From Emcibacter sp. (lineage in GTDB: Bacteria > Pseudomonadota > Alphaproteobacteria > Sphingomonadales > Emcibacteraceae): a DNA stretch of 64,000 bases. Positions 49,984 to 59,113 of this stretch are shown one piece after another. The stretch covers positions 2,969,187 to 3,033,186 of the forward strand of contig NZ_OY776217.1 of the NCBI RefSeq assembly GCF_963675455.1, in the 5' to 3' direction. Numbering within the stretch: the stretch's first letter is position 1; every line of letters starts with the position of its first letter. The notes beneath the pieces were generated by a model. That model was given only the letters and a program-made list of their open reading frames with translations. It was not told where the DNA came from and ran no database searches. The position numbers and the translations under genes were made by a program.

Positions 49984-50862
49984 CTATTCCGTCGCCAGAC
50001 TGCCCTGTTCTTCCACAGATATTTCGTGCAGGTAGAGCCTAGCCTTGCCGATCGACATTTTGAATTCGGAATAGACCGGCACCATCACCGGGACGCCCTC
50101 GACATGTCCGAACCATATTTTCAGGGGGTCCGGTTTTTTCTTTTTCTCAGCCCGGCGCTTTTCCCGCTTTTCCAGGAATTTCTTCCGTTCCTTTTCATCC
50201 TTGGGCAGCATATCCCCGGCCAGCAATTTGGTCCTGAACTCGCAAAGCGTGGCCTCCCCGGCGAAGACGGAGCGTGACGTTTTCTTGCGCAGCTCGGTCC
50301 GTGGACAGTGATGCAGATAATCGATCAGGAAAAAACCGCCGAAAACCGGCTGATGCGTCCATTCCGTCTCTTCCCCTCCCAAAACCGGAGCGGTACCTCC
50401 GTTAATCAGGAGTCCGGCCAGATAGCTGAGCGGATCGGGAGCTGTCTTTTGCTCCTCCGGCACCGGGAAATATTCAAAGTCGTCATCCCCGCTCATGTCC
50501 TGATCATGGCCGGTAACCATGCCGGTCCCTTGATCATAGGTCATGCGATTAAGATATGTCTCATCGTCCCAGTATCCCCGGCTTTCATAGAGCATGGGGA
50601 CAAGCTGCCTCTGGCCGTTGATGGAACCGATGCTCAGCGAAGTATTTTCCGCCTTGCTGAACAGCCGGGCGATGCCCTTGGTATGATAATAGCTTTTGAC
50701 ACCATAGGAACCGGGGGTCAGACGAAGCTGGGTATCCATATCCAACAACACAAAACCGGCAAAATAGATCTTATATCTGGCCTTGATCAGAATGGTATTG
50801 TCTGCGGCAGCCACCGGGCCGCCGCACAACATCAGAACACACAGAAAAAGGAAAATCCGCAT
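49984..50862 (-). CDS. secreted hypothetical protein (DUF3108-like by recollection)
   Basis: 292 aa with a signal peptide (MRIFLFLCVLMLCGGPVAAA) and a beta-rich pattern. Confidence 0.5.
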   Translation of the reverse strand: MRIFLFLCVLMLCGGPVAAADNTILIKARYKIYFAGFVLLDMDTQLRLTPGSYGVKSYYHTKGIARLFSKAENTSLSIGSINGQRQLVPMLYESRGYWDDETYLNRMTYDQGTGMVTGHDQDMSGDDDFEYFPVPEEQKTAPDPLSYLAGLLINGGTAPVLGGEETEWTHQPVFGGFFLIDYLHHCPRTELRKKTSRSVFAGEATLCEFRTKLLAGDMLPKDEKERKKFLEKREKRRAEKKKKPDPLKIWFGHVEGVPVMVPVYSEFKMSIGKARLYLHEISVEEQGSLATE

Positions 50863-50891
50863 ATATTTGCCTGTTTGCCGAAATGATTATC

Positions 50892-53567
50892 CTAGTCCAT
50901 GGAGGCAAGACGATCCAGCGCCGCCTGCATTTTCTCGGCCTGGATTTCGCCGTCGGCCAGTTGCTGTTTTGCTTCAACCACCACATTCTCCGGCGCCTTG
51001 GCAAGGAAACCCTGGTTGTTCAGGCGTCCCCGGATGCCGCCGAGTTCCTTGAGGAGCTTGTCGAGGTTTTTCTGCAGGCGGGCTTTTTCCGCCGCAATAT
51101 CAATCACTCCGGCCAACGGCAGGAAGACAGTGGCCTCGCCGATCACCACCTGAACTGCTCCCTTGGGCGCTGCGCCGTCATGACGGGAGATATTCTGCAG
51201 GCGGGCCAGACGGGCAATCACGTCACCATGAATATCCAGCGCCTTAAGCAATGTTTCATTGGCGCCACTGATCAACATGTCGATTTTGGCACCGGCCGGC
51301 ACGTTCATCTCCGCCCGGGCGGTACGGATATCGGAAATCAACCGGATCGCCCAGTTCATTTCCTCGCTTGCCGCATCGTCAATCAGGCTCGAAGACAGTT
51401 CCGGCCAGGAAGACATGATCAACTGGCTGTCCCGATTGTCGCTCAGGGACTGCCACAACTCTTCGGTCACAAAGGGTTTGAACGGATGCAACAGCTTGAG
51501 GATCTGGTCGATGACCCAGGCCGTACAGCGGCGGCATTCATCAGCCGCAGCCTGGTCTTCGCCCTGGAAGATCGGCTTGACCAGCTCGATATACCAGTCA
51601 CAGAAGGTGCCCCAGGTAAAATGATAAATGGCGGATGCCGCCTCATTATAGCGGTAGCTTTCCAGTGATTTTGTGACCTGTTCCGCCGCCTTTACAACTT
51701 CGCTGACGATCCATTTATTGACTGTCTGGCTGGCCGTTGCCGGATCGAACTCTCCCTTGCCGAAACAGTCATTCATTTCACAGAAACGGGCGGCATTCCA
51801 CAGCTTGGTGCCAAAATTCCGGTAGCCCTCGACCCTTTTCTCGGACATTTTGATGTCGCGGCCCTGGGCTTCCATAGCCGCCAGGGTAAAGCGCAGGGCG
51901 TCGGCGCCAAATTTGTCGACAAGCTCGAGCGGATCAATGACATTGCCCTTCGATTTAGACATCTTGGCGCCCTGCTCGTCCCGCACCAGGGCATGAACAT
52001 AGACCGTGTGGAACGGCACCTCTGGCTTGCCGTCCTCATCTTTCATGAAATGCAGGCCGTCCATCATCATCCGGGCAACCCAGAAGAAGATAATGTCGAA
52101 ACCGGTAACCAGAACATCGGTCTTGTAATGGCGTTTCAGAAACGGATCGTCCTCGTCCGGCCAGCCAAGCGTGCCGAACGGCCACAGGGCGGAGGAAAAC
52201 CAGGTGTCGAGCACGTCCGGATCACGGGTCAGCTCAACCGTCTTGCCGTAATGTTTTTCCGCAGCCGCCTGGGCTTCTTCTTCATTATTGGCAACAAATA
52301 TTTCCTGATCCGGTCCATACCAGGCCGGGATCTGATGGCCCCACCAGAGCTGGCGGGAAATACACCAGGGTTCGATGTTGCGCATCCATTCGAAATAGGT
52401 TTTTTCCCAGTTCTTGGGTACAAATTTTGTCCGCCCATCCTCGACCGCGGCAATCGGTTCCTTGGCCATTTCAGCCGCATTGACATACCACTGGTCTGTC
52501 AGCCAGGGTTCGATCACGACACCGCTGCGGTCACCATAAGGCACCATATGGACGGTGTCCTCGACTTTTTCCAGCAGGCCGAGCGCGTCCATGTCCGCAA
52601 CAATCAGCTTGCGGGCGTCGAAACGGTCCAGGCCGCGGTATTTTTCAGGCGCATTGTCGTTGATCCGGGCCAGGTCATCAAAGATATTGATTTCCTCCAG
52701 GTCGTGGCGCTTGCCAACGGCGTTATCGTCAAAGTCATGGGCCGGGGTGATTTTCACCGCACCGGAGCCTTTTTCCGGGTCCGCATGTTCGTCGGCAACC
52801 ACAATCAACTTGCGGCCGACCAGAGGCAGGGTCAGGGTCTTGCCGATAAGGTCCTGGTAGCGCTCATCTTCCGGATGAACAGCAACGGCCACATCGCCCA
52901 GCATGGTTTCCGGCCGGGTTGTGGCGACCGTCAGATAACGCCCCTCTTCCCCGTCCACCGGATATTTGAAATGCCAGTAATGACCGTTGACTTCCTTCTG
53001 CTCCACTTCCAGATCGGAAATGGCGGTGCGCAGTTTCGGATCCCAGTTCACCAGGCGTTTGTCTTTGTAAATCAGGCCGGACTGGTACAGTTCGACAAAG
53101 ACCTTGAGCACCGCATCATGGAAACCTTCATCCATGGTAAAGCGCTGGCGGCTCCAGTCGCAGGACTGCCCGAGGCGGCGCATCTGGTTAAAGATCATGC
53201 CACCGGATTCTTCTTTCCATTTCCAGACCCGCTCGATGAATTTCTCGCGGCCCAGATCATGGCGGGAAATACCCTCTGCATCCAGCTGGCGTTCGACAAC
53301 CATCTGGGTGGCGATGCCGGCATGGTCCATGCCCGGCTGCCACAAGGCATCCTTGCCGCGCATACGCTCAAAACGGATCAGAATATCCTGCAGCGTATGG
53401 TTCAGGGCATGACCGATATGCAGGCTGCCTGTCACATTGGGCGGCGGCAGTACAATGGTATAGGGCTCGGCCTCGGGGCGCTGGCCGCCCTTAAAGGCGC
53501 CGCTGTCTTCCCAGGCATCGTAAATTCTTTTTTCAGCTGTTGAAAAATCAAAGGTTTTTTCCAGCAT
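50892..53567 (-). CDS. valS: valine--tRNA ligase
   Basis: 891 aa. [13 protein letters not shown] (HIGH), KMSKSKGN (KMSKS), and a C-terminal coiled coil. Confidence 0.96.
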   Translation of the reverse strand: MLEKTFDFSTAEKRIYDAWEDSGAFKGGQRPEAEPYTIVLPPPNVTGSLHIGHALNHTLQDILIRFERMRGKDALWQPGMDHAGIATQMVVERQLDAEGISRHDLGREKFIERVWKWKEESGGMIFNQMRRLGQSCDWSRQRFTMDEGFHDAVLKVFVELYQSGLIYKDKRLVNWDPKLRTAISDLEVEQKEVNGHYWHFKYPVDGEEGRYLTVATTRPETMLGDVAVAVHPEDERYQDLIGKTLTLPLVGRKLIVVADEHADPEKGSGAVKITPAHDFDDNAVGKRHDLEEINIFDDLARINDNAPEKYRGLDRFDARKLIVADMDALGLLEKVEDTVHMVPYGDRSGVVIEPWLTDQWYVNAAEMAKEPIAAVEDGRTKFVPKNWEKTYFEWMRNIEPWCISRQLWWGHQIPAWYGPDQEIFVANNEEEAQAAAEKHYGKTVELTRDPDVLDTWFSSALWPFGTLGWPDEDDPFLKRHYKTDVLVTGFDIIFFWVARMMMDGLHFMKDEDGKPEVPFHTVYVHALVRDEQGAKMSKSKGNVIDPLELVDKFGADALRFTLAAMEAQGRDIKMSEKRVEGYRNFGTKLWNAARFCEMNDCFGKGEFDPATASQTVNKWIVSEVVKAAEQVTKSLESYRYNEAASAIYHFTWGTFCDWYIELVKPIFQGEDQAAADECRRCTAWVIDQILKLLHPFKPFVTEELWQSLSDNRDSQLIMSSWPELSSSLIDDAASEEMNWAIRLISDIRTARAEMNVPAGAKIDMLISGANETLLKALDIHGDVIARLARLQNISRHDGAAPKGAVQVVIGEATVFLPLAGVIDIAAEKARLQKNLDKLLKELGGIRGRLNNQGFLAKAPENVVVEAKQQLADGEIQAEKMQAALDRLASMD

Positions 53568-53705
53568 ATCCGGTCTTTCGTCTTTAAAATCGTCAAATCA
53601 TTCAAAATATTGCGGCCGGAAAAAAAAGAGAAGAGCCTCCCGGGACCCTTCTGCATTTTTTTTGACCGCGGCTAAATTAGTCGGTCTTTTGTTAAAAATC
53701 CACCC

Positions 53706-54305
53706 TCAGGGTTTCTTGGTCCTGGCCAGCCGCGCGATTTCCTTGGCCACCATTCGCTCCACAATGGGGGGCAAATTCTGGTCAAGCCAGTTTCTCAGCA
53801 TCGGTTTCAACAGCTCCCGGACAAGATCCTCAAGGGTATTGCCTGATCCTTCATACCCGGTTGTCAAAAGAGCTGACAACTGGCTGAACTGATCCATGGC
53901 AATGGACGACGCACCTTCGGACATCAGCACATCCACCCCTTCGGCAGGGTCTACATCGTCAATATCAAGTCCCGATGCAGCAACCGGCTCCGGTTCCGGC
54001 TCAGGTTCAAATTCTGCCTCAAAATCCACTTCCGGCTCAGGCTCGTCATCGATCTCAAGCTCAAGGTCTTCGCCTTCGTCTTCCACAAGTTCGGTAAGTT
54101 CCAGAACTTCTTCTTCCGGCTCGGGCTCGGGCTCGGGTTCGGGTTCCGGCTCAGCTTCCATTTCCGGTTCGGGCTCAGCTTCAGGTTCCGGCGCAGCTGC
54201 CTCTGCTTCCGGTTTCTCCTCTTCCTCGTCCTCCGAAATAATCCGGCGAATCGAAGCGAGGATTTCCTCCATACTTGGTTCTTCTTGGCCGTCCGTTTCG
54301 CTCAT
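53706..54305 (-). CDS. popZ: DUF2497 / PopZ-like pole-organizing protein
   Basis: 199 aa. The N-terminal [16 protein letters not shown] is followed by a long acidic Pro/Glu linker. The C-terminal [33 protein letters not shown] parallels Caulobacter PopZ. Confidence 0.78.
   Translation of the reverse strand: MSETDGQEEPSMEEILASIRRIISEDEEEEKPEAEAAAPEPEAEPEPEMEAEPEPEPEPEPEPEEEVLELTELVEDEGEDLELEIDDEPEPEVDFEAEFEPEPEPEPVAASGLDIDDVDPAEGVDVLMSEGASSIAMDQFSQLSALLTTGYEGSGNTLEDLVRELLKPMLRNWLDQNLPPIVERMVAKEIARLARTKKP
54116..54152 (-). repeat. in-frame hexanucleotide tandem repeat encoding (Glu-Pro)n inside popZ-like gene
   Basis: ccGGCTCGGGCTCGGGCTCGGGTTCGGGTTCCGGCTC on the plus strand, which is [13 protein letters not shown] in the protein. 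Confidence 0.8.
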
Positions 54306-54510
54306 CTTTTTATGTTCTCACTTGATTTCGGAGCTATCCGGTGCTCCCCATTTTTCCGCGTCAGGATGTTTGTTATCTCTTTAACAGTACACCTTTATTG
54401 AATTATGGCCGATTATCAAGGTTTTTTCACCCTTCTTTATATAAAAAACTGCCGACAAGCCTCTCAGGCTGCCGACAGCATTTCATTCGGTTTATGGCAG
54501 ACCGAGTAGT

Positions 54511-55872
54511 TTACTCGCTATCGATGCCAAATCCATAGATCTTGTCATCTACCTTATCTGTATTTTTGCTGGCATCGTAATAGGACGCTTCCAGCTGCAG
54601 GTCCTGTGCTGTCAGCTTGCCCATTGCCAGCAGCAGACGATAGGCCGCAACAACCTGATCCCTATGCGAACGAACATTCTCAACCCGGGACTGCAGAAGT
54701 TCCTGTTCCGCATCCAGAACATCCAGGGTGGTGCGGGAGCCGACCTCTGCTTCCTGACGAACACCGTCCAGGGCAATTTCGTTGGCTTCGACCTGGGACT
54801 GGGTTGAGCCAATCCGTGCGGTCGCCTCACGATAACCTTCCCAGGCATTCTGGACATTTTCCCTGACCTGACGCTCGGCTGCAATAACTTCAAGACGTCG
54901 CTGGCTTTCCAGCTGCTTGGCCTGACGGATACGGGAAGACTGGGCCCCACTCTGATACAGCGGCACAGTCATGCGGGCCACCACTTCCTTCGAGGTTACA
55001 TTTGTCGTTACCGTACTGGCATCCCAGGATTTATTGTAACTTGCTTCCAGTGAAACCGTCGGGCTCAGTCCGCCATACTGGCTGTTGACATTATAACGGG
55101 CGGCTTCCTCCACATATTTGGCTGAATTCAGCGTGGGAGAATAGCGCAAGGCAATGTCCAGAGCCGCCTCTTCAGAAGCCGGCAGCGGAGGAAGGGCGTC
55201 GATGTCTTCCAGTGTTCCAGGCGCACCGCCGACCACCCGGATAAAGGCGGAACGGCTGGCTGTGAGATTGGCTTCTGCCTGGATGCGCTCGGTGATGGCG
55301 CCGGACAGGCGGGCCTTGGACTGGGCCACGTCGGTACGGGTGATTTCACCAACCCGGAAACGATCCTCGCTGGCTTCTAGCTGGCGTTGCAGCACCATGA
55401 CGTTGTTTTTGGTCAGTTCAAGGACCACTTCGTCACGCTTGACATCAACATAGGCTGATACTGCATCCAGAAGAACCGACTGTTCGGTATCAAGCAGATT
55501 CTGGCGGGCCGCCTCGACCTGCTTGCGGGCCTGTTTGGTATTATTGACGGTCTGAAACCCGGTAAAGATATTCTGCTGAAGCGTGACGCTTGCCCTTTTG
55601 GGATATACCGAACCGCTCGCTCCAAAGAGGCTGTCGGTCTGGGTATCCTGATAACTGACTGACCCGTTCGCCGTTATGCTGGGCAACCAGCCGGACCTGG
55701 CCTGATTGATATTTTCGTCAGTCGCCCGAAGCGACGCCCGCTGGGCTTCCAGTGTAGGATTTCCCATATAGGCCTGGGCCAGAACTTCATTCAGATTTTC
55801 CGCGTAGGCCGGAACAGAACCCAACAAACAGGTCAGGGCAGACACTGCAACTCCACATAACGTTTTCTTCAT
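54511..55872 (-). CDS. tolC: TolC family outer membrane protein
   Basis: Track ORF trimmed to MKKTLCGVAVSALTCLLGSVPAYA at 55872. NLNEVLAQAYMGNPTLEAQRASL and the duplicated OEP repeats are present. Confidence 0.9.
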   Translation of the reverse strand: MKKTLCGVAVSALTCLLGSVPAYAENLNEVLAQAYMGNPTLEAQRASLRATDENINQARSGWLPSITANGSVSYQDTQTDSLFGASGSVYPKRASVTLQQNIFTGFQTVNNTKQARKQVEAARQNLLDTEQSVLLDAVSAYVDVKRDEVVLELTKNNVMVLQRQLEASEDRFRVGEITRTDVAQSKARLSGAITERIQAEANLTASRSAFIRVVGGAPGTLEDIDALPPLPASEEAALDIALRYSPTLNSAKYVEEAARYNVNSQYGGLSPTVSLEASYNKSWDASTVTTNVTSKEVVARMTVPLYQSGAQSSRIRQAKQLESQRRLEVIAAERQVRENVQNAWEGYREATARIGSTQSQVEANEIALDGVRQEAEVGSRTTLDVLDAEQELLQSRVENVRSHRDQVVAAYRLLLAMGKLTAQDLQLEASYYDASKNTDKVDDKIYGFGIDSE

Positions 55873-55996
55873 TTTTTCTTTCCCTGGTGTATGGGGACTG
55901 CTGTCCCCTTTCCCAACAAGTAATGTATCGCCCCTCACTACCCGAAAATTATTGATAAATTGTTGTGTTCCTTAAAAATACCCCCGGAACAGACAA

Positions 55997-56650
55997 TTAA
56001 AAGCTGAATTCTTCTTTCCTGGCGAATGCTGCCAGCGGCGGTATTGCGGCATCAAACAGGGTCCGCACCCCGCGCACCTTGTCCTTATACGTGACAAGTG
56101 AGGCTTTTCCAACGCCGCGATCATTCAATACACAAACCAGCCTGCCGTTTTCTGACAGCTGCTCAAGAAGGGTTTGAGGCACGTCATCCACCATACCATT
56201 AATAAAAATAAGATCGTAAGGTCCCTGTTTGGCAAGACCGGCGGTAATATCCCCCTTAACCACGGCAACATTGTCACAGGCTTCCTCGGCCAGAACCGCG
56301 GTTCCGGTCTCGACAAGACCGTCATCCTCTTCCAGGGCAACAACAGCTTCGGCCAGACGTGCAAGAACTGCCGATGAATAACCGGTGCCACAGGCGATAT
56401 CCAGCACCAGGTCTGTCGGCTTGATGTGAGCTTCGCTCAACAGGCGCCCGAAAACCATGGGTTCCATCAGATAACGTCCCTCGGCGACCCGGATATCTTC
56501 ATCCACATAGGCAACACCGGCAAAGGCTTTCGGGACAAATTTTTCACGATTCACGGAAGCAATTGCCTCGATCACATTTTCATCATTTATGTTATTGGGA
56601 CGAAGCTGGCCCTCGATCATACTGCTTCTGGCCTGGGATGCATTAGTCAT
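55997..56650 (-). CDS. pcm: protein-L-isoaspartate O-methyltransferase
   Basis: 217 aa. VLDIACGTGYSSAVLARL is the SAM motif, and the gene sits in the conserved position next to tolC. Confidence 0.88.
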   Translation of the reverse strand: MTNASQARSSMIEGQLRPNNINDENVIEAIASVNREKFVPKAFAGVAYVDEDIRVAEGRYLMEPMVFGRLLSEAHIKPTDLVLDIACGTGYSSAVLARLAEAVVALEEDDGLVETGTAVLAEEACDNVAVVKGDITAGLAKQGPYDLIFINGMVDDVPQTLLEQLSENGRLVCVLNDRGVGKASLVTYKDKVRGVRTLFDAAIPPLAAFARKEEFSF

Positions 56651-56902
56651 ATGGACGTTCCTAAGGTTATATGGCCTGATGTGATCCGGCCTAATGTTAT
56701 CGGAATGGTTTGATGCCTATATATAGTTTAAGGACGCACTTGACAATATTCTCTCGACAAGAGAACCAATCTTGTCGACAAGTTTCATTATTTCACCCTT
56801 AAACAGATAAAAACAGGAAAAAATCCCCAGGCTGGATAAAACAGTTCAGTTTAAAAAGCTCTTGCTTTTAGCGAACAATGGAAATAAAAGTCGTCACACC
56901 TT

Positions 56903-56976
56903 GGTGCGGTGGCGGAGTGGCTACGCAGCGGATTGCAAATCCGTGTACACCGGTTCAAATCCGGTCCGCACCTCCA
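56903..56976 (+). tRNA. tRNA-Cys (anticodon GCA)
   Basis: GGTGCGGTGGCGGAGTGGCTACGCAGCGGATTGCAAATCCGTGTACACCGGTTCAAATCCGGTCCGCACCTCCA has a 7-bp acceptor stem, U73 discriminator, GCA in a 7-nt loop, and an encoded CCA. Confidence 0.9.
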
Positions 56977-57014
56977 TTTCCCTCCCATATAGACTTCCGA
57001 CCCGGCCCGGGCCC

Positions 57015-57428
57015 TCAGGCAACAGACAGCATGACCTGCTCGGCAGACGTATATTCCCTGTCATCGCGGGTGGTCGTGGCCGAGTTATAGAATTTCTTGA
57101 TCATTTTACAGCCGTCCGTCCCGTTTTCACGAATTTTCAGGAAAACATCGTAACCGACTGACGGCCGCTCCCACAACAGCATGTTCCAGTCGGTATTTTT
57201 CTGAGCAAAGCGAATAATCATTTTGAGGGCGCGCATGGGAAATTCCAGGGCACCTTTCAGCAGGGCATCGCCTTCATCGGTCACCTGGACGACCGTGAAA
57301 AACATATAGGGGATCCCTCCCGCTATCTGATCGGCCGTCACCGGGGCATCATAAACCCGCATGATTCCAATCTTCCTGTCCAGCCACTCGATCTGTACAT
57401 AGTCCGCGTCTGATGACATAAAATTCAT
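57015..57428 (-). CDS. hypothetical protein (orphan between tRNA-Cys and tRNA-Asn)
   Basis: Track ORF 57015..57536. Plausible starts are ATG 57428 (MNFMSSDADY) or 57419. No family recognised, and the RBS is weak. Confidence 0.4.
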   Translation of the reverse strand: MNFMSSDADYVQIEWLDRKIGIMRVYDAPVTADQIAGGIPYMFFTVVQVTDEGDALLKGALEFPMRALKMIIRFAQKNTDWNMLLWERPSVGYDVFLKIRENGTDGCKMIKKFYNSATTTRDDREYTSAEQVMLSVA

Positions 57429-57698
57429 TCTCAGAAAATACCTTTTAAATTGCTCCGCTCCACACCCTGGTTCAGTCACAGGTATGGGACAAAAATGACC
57501 GAAATATGTTCGGAAAATTATTTTTTTGATATACAACTACTCAGGCAAAACCTCCGGAAAACTAGGCATTTCTCAGCACTTCAGTCAATGATAATGGAAC
57601 AGAAAAAATAACTTCATTATATAGGCTTTAAATACAGGCACTTATGGTTAATAAATGATATACAATCCGGATCCGACCAGCTGCTTGCCTTCCAGGGA

Positions 57699-57741
57699 AC
57701 AGTAGACTCGGGTTCGACTCCCCTTCTCCCGGGGGACTCCA
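57699..57741 (+). pseudogene. degenerate tRNA-like fragment resembling an internally deleted tRNA-Asn
   Basis: aaCAGTAGACTcGGGTTCGAcTCCcc...CGGGGGActCCA compares with AGCAGTAGACT[anticodon arm]GCAGGTTCGAGTCCTGCTCGGGGAGCCA of the intact tRNA-Asn 100 bp downstream. The T-stem has only 3 bp and there is no anticodon arm. Confidence 0.3.
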
Positions 57742-57842
57742 ATCATTCCCGATTCTGATTGCATTTTTTTGAATTTTTCTATTGGCAGAGCTTTTTTCTG
57801 TATGTATAAGGTGCGCGTCGGCTCAGTCGGCACTTTCGATGA

Positions 57843-57918
57843 TCCCCGATAGCTCAGTTGGTAGAGCAGTAGACTGTTAATCTATTTGTCGCAGGTTCGA
57901 GTCCTGCTCGGGGAGCCA
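57843..57918 (+). tRNA. tRNA-Asn (anticodon GTT)
   Basis: TCCCCGATAGCTCAGTTGGTAGAGCAGTAGACTGTTAATCTATTTGTCGCAGGTTCGAGTCCTGCTCGGGGAGCCA is a canonical 76-nt cloverleaf. Confidence 0.92.
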
Positions 57919-57927
57919 ATACCAAAA

Positions 57928-57959
57928 GGGTCCGCCTGATATCAGGCCGGGCCCTTTTT
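57928..57959 (+). terminator. rho-independent terminator after tRNA-Asn
   Basis: gggtccgcctgat / atcaggccgggccc forms an imperfect hairpin followed by TTTTT. Confidence 0.7.
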
Positions 57960-58028
57960 GCTGCCTGAACTCACCTCTGGACCCGGTCCCCCAATATGAT
58001 ATAGTGCGCTCCCAAAAGGGGATTTCAA

Positions 58029-58217
58029 ATGGATAATGTGATCAGTTTTGCCAAAGCGAAGAAAAAACTCGCACGCACCGCAAAAGAAAAGCAGGCGGAG
58101 GAAAATCGCGTCAAATTCGGCCGCACCAGGGGCGAGAAGGAATCTTCGCGCAAGACCACTGAACTCCAGAACAAACAACTCGACCAGAAACAGCTCGGCA
58201 GTGACGAAGAAGAATAA
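58029..58217 (+). CDS. DUF4169 family small protein
   Basis: 62 aa. VISFAKAKKKLARTAKEKQAEENRVKFGRTRGEK matches the N-terminal pattern (NLRQARKRKAR...ENRAKFGRTKAEK) I recall for DUF4169. Confidence 0.65.
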   Translation: MDNVISFAKAKKKLARTAKEKQAEENRVKFGRTRGEKESSRKTTELQNKQLDQKQLGSDEEE

Positions 58218-58402
58218 GTACCAGCCTCCTTTTGTCCCAAAATGGGAAAATGTGTCAGTTTTTTTACATATACAGCCTGCGATTGTGACCCAAAACAACT
58301 TATTTCCTTATTTTTCAATAAGTTTGAAATGTGGCACAAATTTTGCACTCAATCAGGAGGTTATCTCTATAATATTTTAGGCAATTCTGAGTGAGAGGGA
58401 AA

Positions 58403-59026
58403 ATGAAAAAAATACTTTTAGCAACTTTGCTTATGGCGTCTTCTGCCATTGCAACAACATCTGAAGCCGGCGTTATTGATATCTCGGATGTCACCATCAA
58501 AGGGCAACAGTTCAGAGCCTTTCAGGATAACACAACCGGGTACACCTGGCTTGACTTGGACAATTTCTGGAATGACTCCTGGACTTACAACAGCCTGGTA
58601 AGTTTTTTTGCCGGTACAGACTATAAACTTGCCAACCAGATTGAAATTGACGGTCTTCACCTTTCAGTGCCGGCCAATCCGGCAACAGCCGTTTCAGAAT
58701 TCATCATCATGGGCGGAAACTATACCGGTCAGACAGCCTCCCCCGTCAACCGCGACCTGGTTTGGGGTATATACGACCCCCTGGATAACGGGTCGATTTA
58801 CGCATCATTCCATTACGGAGATGTTACATTCTGGTCTGACTATTACCTCGGCCAAGACGCAAATGATCCCTTCTACGATAATAATGCTGCAAACCGAGAC
58901 CTCGGCGCCTGGGTTGTCAATACAGCAACTGTTCTTGACGTTGACGTACCGGAACCGGCAACGATTGGCCTGCTGGGGCTTGGCCTCATTGGCTTCGGCG
59001 CCATGGCAAGACGCCGCCGTTCCTGA
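58403..59026 (+). CDS. PEP-CTERM sorting-domain protein
   Basis: The ATG at 58403 follows GAGAGGGA. It has a signal peptide (MKKILLATLLMASSAIATTSEA). The C-terminal VPEPATIGLLGLGLIGFGAMARRRRS is PEP + TM + Arg cluster. Confidence 0.82.
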   Translation: MKKILLATLLMASSAIATTSEAGVIDISDVTIKGQQFRAFQDNTTGYTWLDLDNFWNDSWTYNSLVSFFAGTDYKLANQIEIDGLHLSVPANPATAVSEFIIMGGNYTGQTASPVNRDLVWGIYDPLDNGSIYASFHYGDVTFWSDYYLGQDANDPFYDNNAANRDLGAWVVNTATVLDVDVPEPATIGLLGLGLIGFGAMARRRRS

Positions 59027-59054
59027 TCAGATTTCAGGTTACTCAAGCAAGATA

Positions 59055-59080
59055 AGAGGCGGCTCCTGCGGGCCGCCTCT
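59055..59080. terminator. hairpin between convergent genes (possible bidirectional terminator)
   Basis: agaggcggc (59055-59063) pairs with gccgcctct (59072-59080). The U-tracts are weak. Confidence 0.4.
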
Positions 59081-59113
59081 GTGCATCTCACAACAGTAGC
59101 GGCTGAACACCCT

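Noticed and set aside
53896-54384. Ser/Gly-rich 162-aa plus-strand ORF and apparent repeat array. I also checked it as a possible CRISPR-like or tandem repeat locus.
   Set aside because: It is the antisense reading of the acidic Glu/Pro linker of the PopZ-like gene. The periodicity is a coding hexamer repeat, not a spacer-repeat structure. No CRISPR array exists in the window.
57648-57833. 61-aa minus-strand ORF in the AT-rich spacer between the tRNAs.
   Set aside because: It has a GTG start without an RBS and overlaps the tRNA-like fragment in antisense. Its composition is consistent with a chance ORF in AT-rich DNA.
57690-57842. Possible tmRNA (ssrA), including the permuted two-piece alphaproteobacterial form, suggested by a GGTTCGACTCC T-loop-like element.
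   Set aside because: The T-stem has only 3 bp and there is no ...ACCA terminus. No tag reading frame of the ANDN...AA type follows. The nearby AAT GAT AAT codons continue as NDNGTEKITSLYRL*, which is not tag-like. tRNA-Asn starts 100 bp later.
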